From NCBI GenBank assembly GCA_963783375.1, contig CAWANH010000029.1:1408001-1472000 (forward strand): DNA of 64,000 bases, read 5' to 3'. This DNA is from Candidatus Eiseniibacteriota bacterium. Lineage in GTDB: Bacteria > Eisenbacteria > RBG-16-71-46 > JABDJR01. The notes under the pieces were generated by a model that saw nothing but the letters and a program-made list of their open reading frames with translations, searched no databases and was not told the origin of the DNA. Positions 1 to 6,918 of the stretch are shown in pieces. Every line of letters begins with the position of its first letter. The stretch's first letter is position 1. The position numbers and the translations under genes are program-made.

Positions 1-80
1 GAGGACGACCCGGGATCGCGCTGACAACCGAGCTGGCGGTCAGATGCCCACCGCAGCAGTGGGGTCATGAATAACCCGGG

Positions 81-1242
81 CTAGTGTCATGCGTCGGAAG
101 TACGTTTACAGAATCTAGCAATTGAGGCAAGGATCTCATCTGCAGATTTTGTCCACACGAGGGGCTTGGGGCTCTGGTTGGTAACCTCGATGTAGAGCTT
201 GATAGCCTGATTGAGCCGTTTGACGCTCCGATGAGTGGCTCGACGTAGCGCCTTGTCGGTCAGTGCGGCAAACCACCGCTCGACGAGGTTCATCCAGGAG
301 GAGTAGGTCGGCGTGAAGTGGAGGTGGAAGCGCGGGTTTCGAACGAGCCACCGCTTCACCGCGGGCACCTTGTGGGTCTGGTAGTTGTCGAGGATGAGGT
401 GAACGTCGAGGTCATCGGGGACCTCGGCGTCGATCGTTTTCAGGAAGCCGAGAAACTCTTTCGCTCGATGGTGTTTGTGAAGACTTCCAATGACTCGCCC
501 GGACTTCACGTCCAGCGCAGCGAACAGGGTCGTGGTGCCGTGGCGAACGTAGTCGTGCGTGTGCCGTTCGCACTGCCCTGGTCGTAACGGCAGGAGAGGC
601 TGTGTGCGGTCGAGAGCTTGGATCTGGGACTTCTCGTCCACGCACAGCACGAGCGCCCGCTCCGGTGGATCCATGTACAGCCCCACGACATCGCGTACCT
701 TGTCGATGAACAGGGGATCATTGGAAAGCTTGAAGGTATCGGCCCGGTGAGGCTGGAGCGCAAAGGTGTGCCAGATGCGTCGCACGGTGGTGGCGCTCAT
801 TCCCGAGACCTCCGCCATGGAGCGGGTACTCCAGTGGGTGGCTCCCCTGGGTGTCGAGTCGAGGGTTTTTGCGATGACGCGTTCAACCTCTGCATCGGAG
901 ACCTTGCGAGGAGCTCCGGGGCGAGGCTCATCGGTGAGCCCGTCGAGTCGGCGCTCAAGAAAGTTCGAGCGCCACTTGCCGACCGTGACCCGGGTGATGT
1001 GAAGGTGCTCGGCCACCGCGGAATTGGTCCACCCCTCGTCCGCGAGAAGCACGATGCGGGCACGGGTGGCAAGTCCTTGCGCCGTCTTGGGGCGGCGTGC
1101 CCAACCCTGGAGTACCTGACGTTCTTCGGTAGAAAGCCTGAGCGACTCGAGCGTGCGTCCACGTGACATGGCAACCCTCCTTTTGGAGGAGCATGCCGCA
1201 TGGGACTCCGGATGTATAGTTATTTCTGGCGCAAGACACTAG
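81..1242 (-). mobile_element. IS630-family insertion sequence
   Basis: Imperfect terminal inverted repeats CTAGTGTCATGCGTCGGAAGTA (81-102) and TATTTCTGGCGCAAGACACTAG (1221-1242), with CTAG at both ends, enclosing an IS630 transposase. Confidence 0.92.
87..1169 (-). CDS. IS630-family transposase (HTH + DDE)
   Basis: 360 aa; motifs VLCVDEKSQIQAL, HDYVRHGTTTLFAAL, LILDNY, HFTPTYSSWMNLVERWF. Confidence 0.96.
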   Translation of the reverse strand: MSRGRTLESLRLSTEERQVLQGWARRPKTAQGLATRARIVLLADEGWTNSAVAEHLHITRVTVGKWRSNFLERRLDGLTDEPRPGAPRKVSDAEVERVIAKTLDSTPRGATHWSTRSMAEVSGMSATTVRRIWHTFALQPHRADTFKLSNDPLFIDKVRDVVGLYMDPPERALVLCVDEKSQIQALDRTQPLLPLRPGQCERHTHDYVRHGTTTLFAALDVKSGRVIGSLHKHHRAKEFLGFLKTIDAEVPDDLDVHLILDNYQTHKVPAVKRWLVRNPRFHLHFTPTYSSWMNLVERWFAALTDKALRRATHRSVKRLNQAIKLYIEVTNQSPKPLVWTKSADEILASIARFCKRTSDA

Positions 1243-2793
1243 GAGCCCGTCCGAGTAACGATCAAGAGCGGGCTCCCTCTGGTCATGCGCCGCACGGGAT
1301 TTGTTAGCACCCGGGTGTTTTCGGGTTCGCCCGTTGATCGGGCCGCCTTGGATCGCGAGGGGAGCCGCCCCTCGGAGGCGGTTCCGCCCCCTTTTAGGCC
1401 GATCCGACCGCCTTGGCCCACTTCAGGAGGTTGTGGGCCGTGCAGATCAGGTCCCACTCCCCCCGAACCTTCGCGAAGCCCCGCAGCAGGAACTGGCGGA
1501 ACCCCCGGGCTTGCTTCATCTGTCCGAACACCGGCTCCACCGTTTGTTTCCTCAACCGGTACCGGCTCCGGTGTCCCCCCTTGCGTAGCCGCGTCCGCAT
1601 CGCCGCGGTCCGGGGCCCCGGGTTCTTCTCCTTCCCGTCGGTCGGCGACGCGCTCCCGTGCTTCTGTCGTCCCGTCGCCACGTACCCCCGGATGTGCCGC
1701 CGATCCAGTTCCTTCAGGTTCTCCTCCGAGCAGTACCCCGCGTCCGCCGACACCTCCTGCGCCTGCCGACCCGTATTCTCCTCGACTTGCGTCACCAGCG
1801 GAACCAGCTCGCCGGCATCCGACGCCGACTGCGTCACCCCCCGCGCCACGATCACCTGGCTCCCCGCATCCACCGCCGCCTGCGCGTTGTACCCCTGGAT
1901 GAACCCGTCCTTCGTCTTCAGGATCCGGCTCTCCGGATCCGTGAAGTTCCGCTGCGCCCGCGCCGGAGGTTCCCCCTTCGGCGTCTTCTGAGGGCGTCCC
2001 CGGCCCCGCTTCTCCGGCTTCTCGGCCGCCTCCACCCCCGCCTGCTCCCGCGCCTCCGCCTCCAACGCCGCCTTCGCCTCCCGGATCTTCGCCAGCCGCT
2101 TCTGCTTGTTGGCGACCCACTCCGGCAGCTCGTCACCCCGCCGGTCCGGCCCGTACTCCTCATCCTCCTCCGCGTCCACCCGCCCCGCCTCCTTCAGCCA
2201 CCGCTCGATCTCCCCCCGCAGCCGCCCCTCCTCCCCCTTCATCCGACCGTAGCTCATCGCCTTGTGCTTCGACGCGTTCGCCTTCACCTTCGTCCCGTCC
2301 AGCGACACGTGCCCCAGCTGCACCAACCCCGCTTCCCGGCACAACCGCAACACCTGCACGAACAGACCTCCCAGCCCCTCCAAATGCCGCTTCCGGAAGT
2401 CGCTGATCGTCCGAAAGTCCGGCTTCTGCAGCGCCGTCACCGCCATGAAGTCCACCCGCTCCTCGCACGCCCGCGCCAACCGCCGCGAGGAGTACACCCC
2501 CTGGCAGTACCCGTACAGCAGCAGCGCCGTCATCATCACCGGGTGGTACGGCGGATACCCCCGCGCCTCGGTGTACTCCTCCAGGATCGCGGACAGATCC
2601 AGGGTCTCCCGGACCGTATCCCGCACCAGATGCGCCAGATGGCCCGGCGGCACCAGTTCATGAACCGAGGGAGGCAGCAACCACACTTGATCGACGTCCC
2701 AGGGACGGAAGGTCTTGCTCATGACCTCCAAAAACCACACCCCCACCGCCCTGTCTAGATCAAATCCGGGGGATTACTCGGACGGGCTCCTAG
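1239..2793 (-). mobile_element. IS1182-family insertion sequence
   Basis: Perfect 20-bp inverted repeat including CTAG: CTAGGAGCCCGTCCGAGTAA (1239-1258) and TTACTCGGACGGGCTCCTAG (2774-2793). Confidence 0.92.
1394..2722 (-). CDS. IS1182-family transposase
   Basis: GYPPYHPVMM, SSRRLARACE, PDFRTISDFRKRH, LDGTKVKANASKHK, NFTDPESRIL, GYNAQAAVD, ADAGY, VEPVFGQMK. Start at MSKTFRPW. Confidence 0.95.
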   Translation of the reverse strand: MSKTFRPWDVDQVWLLPPSVHELVPPGHLAHLVRDTVRETLDLSAILEEYTEARGYPPYHPVMMTALLLYGYCQGVYSSRRLARACEERVDFMAVTALQKPDFRTISDFRKRHLEGLGGLFVQVLRLCREAGLVQLGHVSLDGTKVKANASKHKAMSYGRMKGEEGRLRGEIERWLKEAGRVDAEEDEEYGPDRRGDELPEWVANKQKRLAKIREAKAALEAEAREQAGVEAAEKPEKRGRGRPQKTPKGEPPARAQRNFTDPESRILKTKDGFIQGYNAQAAVDAGSQVIVARGVTQSASDAGELVPLVTQVEENTGRQAQEVSADAGYCSEENLKELDRRHIRGYVATGRQKHGSASPTDGKEKNPGPRTAAMRTRLRKGGHRSRYRLRKQTVEPVFGQMKQARGFRQFLLRGFAKVRGEWDLICTAHNLLKWAKAVGSA

Positions 2794-3149
2794 GAGGCTC
2801 CCAGTTCCTGGAGCCGCCGGCGGGCCGAGGCCTCGTCCGGGCGCTGATTCAGAATCGCCTCGACGTTCACCACCTGGAGAACGGCGCAGACCCGCTGGGA
2901 ACAGCCGTAGATGGCCAGCCCTCCCTTCTCCTGCTGCACCCGGGTCAGGAGGCGGATCAGGATCCCCACCCCCGCGCTGCTCAGAAACTCCACCTTGGAC
3001 ATGTCCAGGAGCATGGAGGTGGCCTTCTCCCCCAGCCTCTCCGAGATGAAATCCCAGAACTGGGTCGCCCCCAGGGCGTCGAGCCGGCCCACGGGGTGAC
3101 AGTGAAGAACGGTGCTCAGATCCTTGTCCGTCTCGCACGTGATGCGCAT
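2790..3149 (-). CDS. STAS-domain anti-sigma factor antagonist
   Basis: 119 aa; GRLDA...LLDMSKVEFLSSAGVGIL with the conserved phosphorylatable Ser region. Its stop codon is part of the IS target CTAG. Confidence 0.9.
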   Translation of the reverse strand: MRITCETDKDLSTVLHCHPVGRLDALGATQFWDFISERLGEKATSMLLDMSKVEFLSSAGVGILIRLLTRVQQEKGGLAIYGCSQRVCAVLQVVNVEAILNQRPDEASARRRLQELGAS

Positions 3150-3226
3150 GATTCCCCCTGTTGATCGTTTACCCGACCGATGCAGAAGCCCCGAGCCGAA
3201 GCGCCATCGGGAGCTTCCTCAGATTC

Positions 3227-3240
3227 TGTGGAAATCCACA
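3227..3240. promoter_or_regulatory. Candidate upstream activator sequence for a sigma54 activator
   Basis: Perfect palindrome TGTGGA-AA-TCCACA about 80 bp upstream of a -24/-12 element. Confidence 0.5.
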
Positions 3241-3316
3241 ACGGAGAGTCTTCCGGGATTTCCCCGCCGCTTCGCTAATCGTTTGTACCCAAGGTAGTAA
3301 TAAGATCATCCCAGAG

Positions 3317-3333
3317 TTGGAACGGACCGTGCA
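3317..3333 (+). promoter_or_regulatory. sigma54 (-24/-12) promoter of the octapeptide-repeat gene
   Basis: TTGGAACGGACCGTGCA gives GG-N10-GC, close to the consensus TGGCACG-N4-TTGCW. A sigma54 activator gene lies nearby. Confidence 0.7.
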
Positions 3334-3426
3334 AAGGTGAGGGGCCATGACGGGGCCCGGTGCGGAGCGAACCTTCTCCGGCCGGAGACGGAGGCGCAAA
3401 GACCACAATCCGAGGAGGTTCTTATC

Positions 3427-4047
3427 ATGGCTACCCGCTCGTTCAAGCGACCGCAGGCCCGACCGACCACCGCCACCACCGTGAAGATAGATGTCGCCGG
3501 CGACTTCATCGACGACATTAGCGGGTTGGCGCCCGCGGAGATCGCCAAGCTGAGTCCGAAGCAGATCGTGGCGCTCGCTCCGAAGCAGATCGCCGCCCTC
3601 GCCCCCAAGCAGGTGATGGCGCTCGCTCCGAAGCAGATCGCCGCCCTGGCGCCCAAGCAGGTGGTGGCGCTGGCCCCCAAGCAGATCGTGGCCCTGGCCC
3701 CGAAGCAGATCGCCGCCCTCGCCCCCAAGCAGGTGATGGCGCTGGCCCCGAAGCAGATCGTGGCCCTGGCTCCGAAGCAGATCGCCGCCCTCGCCCCCAA
3801 GCAGGTGCTGGCGCTGGCCCCGAAGCAGATCGTGGCCCTGGCTCCGAAGCAGATCGCCGCCCTCGCCCCCAAGCAGGTGCTGGCGCTGGCCCCGAAGCAG
3901 ATCGTGGCCATGGCCCCGAAGCAGATCGCCGCCCTGGCTCCGAAGCAGATCGCCGCCCTCGCCCCCAAGCAGGTGATGGCGCTCGCTCCGAAGCAGATCG
4001 CGGCCCTGGCGCCCAAGCAGATCGCCGCCCTCGCCCCGGTCGGCTAG
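3427..4047 (+). CDS. Octapeptide-repeat protein, 206 aa, (LAPKQ[IV][AVML]A)x20, function unknown
   Basis: Strong SD GAGGAGG before ATG 3427; in-frame 24-bp repeats with synonymous codon variation; terminator follows. Confidence 0.85.
   Translation: MATRSFKRPQARPTTATTVKIDVAGDFIDDISGLAPAEIAKLSPKQIVALAPKQIAALAPKQVMALAPKQIAALAPKQVVALAPKQIVALAPKQIAALAPKQVMALAPKQIVALAPKQIAALAPKQVLALAPKQIVALAPKQIAALAPKQVLALAPKQIVAMAPKQIAALAPKQIAALAPKQVMALAPKQIAALAPKQIAALAPVG
3550..4038 (+). repeat. 24-bp coding tandem repeat, 20 copies, with partial 72-bp higher-order period
   Basis: Unit consensus ct(c/g)gc(c/t)cc(c/g)aagcag(atc/gtg)nnngc(c/g). Confidence 0.95.
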
Positions 4048-4062
4048 AGCGCCCAAAGCCCA

Positions 4063-4105
4063 CGAAAGAGAGGGACCCCCTTCGGGAGGTCCCTCTCTTC
4101 GTTTC
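4063..4105. terminator. Intrinsic terminator between convergent genes
   Basis: GAGAGGGACCCCC-TTCG-GGAGGTCCCTCTC stem-loop followed by TTCGTTT. Confidence 0.8.
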
Positions 4106-4118
4106 GGGTTCATCCGTC

Positions 4119-5447
4119 TCAGTTCCATCGACCCCGTTCGAATGCTTCGGCCAGCCGGAGGAGATCCTCCTGGTAGGCTTGGGGCATCTTGGCGAACGCT
4201 TTCCGGAGAGCCAGGAACCGCTGGCCGGGGGTGCGGCCGCCCCCTCGCATGGCCCCGGTCGCCGCGGCCAGAAAACGCTCCAGCTTGGCCCGCACCCGAG
4301 GCTCCAACGCCCGCTCCCCCGCGACCTTCACCGCGGCGGCCTCCACGTTCCAGCGTTCCTGGGCCAGGGTACGGAACCCCTCCCCCTGGAAGTAATAGGT
4401 GAGCCCGCTCCGGGAGCAGACCGGGATCTGGCGCGGATCGTTCACCTCGCGCTGGCGGATCGTCAGCATGCGCTCGGCGAGGGCGATGTTGAAGTGGTAG
4501 CGGCGGAGCTGGGCCAGAACCCACCCCCCCACCTCGGCCGCCGGGGCCTCGGGGTCGCCGGCGGGGCTCTCCGGAGTCGGAGCGCCCGATCCGAGCATGG
4601 GTTCGGCGAGACGGTGCCGGGAGAAAACCGCCACCACGTGGCGATCCCGGATCTCCTCGCCCCCCCGGGCCTCGATGAGGAGCGCGCTCACGATGTTCTG
4701 AAGCTCCCGGACGTTGCCGGGAAAGGAATAGACCATGAGCCGCCGGAGCGCGTCGGCACGGACGACGGGCCGGGGACGTTTCCACTCCTGGGCGTGGCGA
4801 TCGAGGAAGTGGTCGATCAGGGGCGGAATGTCCTCGCGGTGCTCCCGAAGCGGGGGCAGGCGGATCGGAAAGACGTTCAGACGGTAGTAGAGGTCTTCGC
4901 GGAAGCGGCTCTGGCGCACTTCGCCCCGGAGGTCCCGGTTGGTGGCGGCCACCACCCGCGCTCCACTCCGGCGGGTTCCCTCGCCGCCCACCGGGGTGAA
5001 GGTGCCTTCCTGGAGGACGCGGAGCAGCTTCACCTGGGCGGAGAGCGTCATCTCGGCGATCTCGTCCAGGAACACCGTCCCTTCGCGGGCGCGCTCGAAG
5101 ACCCCGGCGTGGGCGCGGGAGGCGCCGGTGAAGGCGCCCGGCACGTGGCCGAAGAGTTCGCTCTCCAGGAGGGTCTCGGGGATGGCCCCGCAGTTCACCG
5201 CCTCGAACGGCGCGCGCCCGTCGCTTCCGTGCTCGTGGATGAGCCGGGCCACCAGTTCCTTGCCGGTTCCCGACTCCCCCTCGAGGAGGACCGGGGCCCG
5301 GGTCGTGGACACGCTCTCCAGATCGTCCAGCACGGCCATCATGGCCGCGCTCCGGCCCACGATGCGAACCCCTTTTCCCTTCCCGGCCCTTCGCCCGCCG
5401 CTCATCGGGTCCGCATCGGCGTGTTCGTATCCTCCCTCGGTGTGCAT
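4119..5447 (-). CDS. sigma54-dependent enhancer-binding protein lacking an N-terminal sensor domain
   Basis: Walker A GESGTGKEL, LESELFGH, GAFTGA, Walker B FLDEI, FREDLYYRLNV, FPGNVRELQN. Atypical C-terminus. Start may be ATG 5405. Confidence 0.92.
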   Translation of the reverse strand: MHTEGGYEHADADPMSGGRRAGKGKGVRIVGRSAAMMAVLDDLESVSTTRAPVLLEGESGTGKELVARLIHEHGSDGRAPFEAVNCGAIPETLLESELFGHVPGAFTGASRAHAGVFERAREGTVFLDEIAEMTLSAQVKLLRVLQEGTFTPVGGEGTRRSGARVVAATNRDLRGEVRQSRFREDLYYRLNVFPIRLPPLREHREDIPPLIDHFLDRHAQEWKRPRPVVRADALRRLMVYSFPGNVRELQNIVSALLIEARGGEEIRDRHVVAVFSRHRLAEPMLGSGAPTPESPAGDPEAPAAEVGGWVLAQLRRYHFNIALAERMLTIRQREVNDPRQIPVCSRSGLTYYFQGEGFRTLAQERWNVEAAAVKVAGERALEPRVRAKLERFLAAATGAMRGGGRTPGQRFLALRKAFAKMPQAYQEDLLRLAEAFERGRWN

Positions 5448-5474
5448 AGTCGCACTGTAGCACCACTGGAATGA

Positions 5475-5496
5475 GATTTGAATTACCTTTCAAATC
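5475..5496. promoter_or_regulatory. Palindromic operator candidate
   Basis: GATTTGAA-N6-TTCAAATC, AT-rich, just upstream of the activator gene in a divergent intergenic region. Confidence 0.55.
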
Positions 5497-5688
5497 ACCC
5501 CGACGGACCTGCCCAACCGGAGGGCGCAACGAAGCATCCCCCCCGCCGCTCTCGACTTACCCCGTAACCTCAGCCAGAATATGGGCCGCGGCGGCGGGGG
5601 GAAACGGGCTCCGCCGGCGGACCGGACGCGGTGCGGATCCCAGGACGGACCGGGGGTCGAACCCCGGCAATCAAAATGGAGGGGTGCG

Positions 5689-6717
5689 GTGCGGAAACCA
5701 GTGGTTCTCATCACCGGGGCGAACGGAGAGGTCGGGCACGGGCTCATCCAGGAGCTGGCCCACGACGGCCACGAGGACATCCTGGCCATGGACCTGGACC
5801 CGGTGGAGGAGTCGCTGGCCGGACTCTGCCGGGCCACCTTCGTGGGGAACATCCTCGACCGTCACCTGATGGAACGCATCGTGAGCGAGTACGAGGTGCG
5901 GGAGATCTACCATCTCGCCGCCCTCCTCTCCACCCGCGCGGAGTACACCCCCGAGACCGCCCACCAGGTGAACGTGGAGGGGACGATGGGGCTCCTCCAG
6001 CTCGCCATGGAGCAGTCGAGCTGGCGCGGCGAACCGGTGAAGTTCCTCTACCCCAGCTCCATCGCGGTCTACGGCCTCCCCGATCTCGCCACCAAGGAAC
6101 GGGCGGGGAAGGTCAAGGAATACGAGTGGACCAACCCCACCACCATGTACGGCTGCAACAAGCTCTACACCGAGAACCTGGGCCGCTACTTCGCCCAGCA
6201 CTACCGGCAGCTCGCGGCGGAGCTGGACAGCCGCCGGGTGGACTTCCGCTGCCTCCGGTATCCGGGGATCATCAGCGCGGTCACCATGCCCACCGGGGGC
6301 ACCAGCGACTTCGCCCCGGAGATGATCCACGCCGGGGCCAAGGGCGAGCCCTACGCCTGCTTCGTGCGCGAGGATTCCATCATCCCCTTCATGGCCATGC
6401 CGGACGCGATCAAGGCCATCCTGAGGCTGGCCGGGGCGGAGGTGGGACACCTGAAGCGCCGGATCTACAACGTCACCAGCTTCAGCCTGGCCGCCGGGGA
6501 GATCCGGGACCGGGTGGTGAAGGCCTTCCCCTCCGCCGACATCACCTTCGAACCGGATCTCAAGCGCCAGGCCATCGTGGACACCTGGCCCCTGGACGTG
6601 GACGACGGCCCCGCCCGCCGGGAGTGGGGCTGGCAGCCGGAGTACGACGCCGACCGCGCCTTCGACGAGTACCTGGTGCCGGAGATCCGGAAGCAGTATC
6701 ACGCGGCGAAGGGCTGA
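5689..6717 (+). CDS. NAD-dependent epimerase/dehydratase family, likely SDR-type L-threonine 3-dehydrogenase
   Basis: LITGANGEVG, YHLAALLS, PSSIAVYG, YGCNK, GGTSDFA. GTG start after GGAGG. Confidence 0.85.
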   Translation: MRKPVVLITGANGEVGHGLIQELAHDGHEDILAMDLDPVEESLAGLCRATFVGNILDRHLMERIVSEYEVREIYHLAALLSTRAEYTPETAHQVNVEGTMGLLQLAMEQSSWRGEPVKFLYPSSIAVYGLPDLATKERAGKVKEYEWTNPTTMYGCNKLYTENLGRYFAQHYRQLAAELDSRRVDFRCLRYPGIISAVTMPTGGTSDFAPEMIHAGAKGEPYACFVREDSIIPFMAMPDAIKAILRLAGAEVGHLKRRIYNVTSFSLAAGEIRDRVVKAFPSADITFEPDLKRQAIVDTWPLDVDDGPARREWGWQPEYDADRAFDEYLVPEIRKQYHAAKG

Positions 6718-6746
6718 GAGCCGGAGTCCGGACCGAGAACCGGATT

Positions 6747-6770
6747 CCCGACCCGAACGGTTGGGTTTTT
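6747..6770 (+). terminator. Intrinsic terminator
   Basis: CCCGACC-CGAAC-GGTTGGG then TTTTT, 30 bp after the stop codon. Confidence 0.65.
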
Positions 6771-6918
6771 CGTAATCCACCGGTTTTTCCGTATTCCAGG
6801 TAAGAAATTCCGCCGGTGGCCGGTCTCCTTTGGCGGATGCGCCGATTCTCGGTTAGATTGGTCATATACTGGGTGTAGCCTCCGCACCCTTCTCCCGAGC
6901 CTACGAGGAGACCCGGCC

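Noticed and set aside
3550-4038. TAL-effector repeats (LAPKQVVAL resembles LTPEQVVAI)
   Set aside because: The period is 8 aa, not 33-35, with no RVD loop or GGKQAL helix.
3550-4038. CRISPR array
   Set aside because: Repeats are contiguous, have no unique spacers, vary at codon positions, and no cas genes are present.
3169-5529. Long antisense ORFs over the repeat (786 aa and 236 aa)
   Set aside because: Shadow frames of a stop-free GC-rich repeat. The + frame has the SD, promoter and terminator.
5645-5670. tRNA T-arm-like GGGGTTCGACCCCC on the minus strand
   Set aside because: No matching acceptor stem, D-arm or anticodon arm; just a hairpin.
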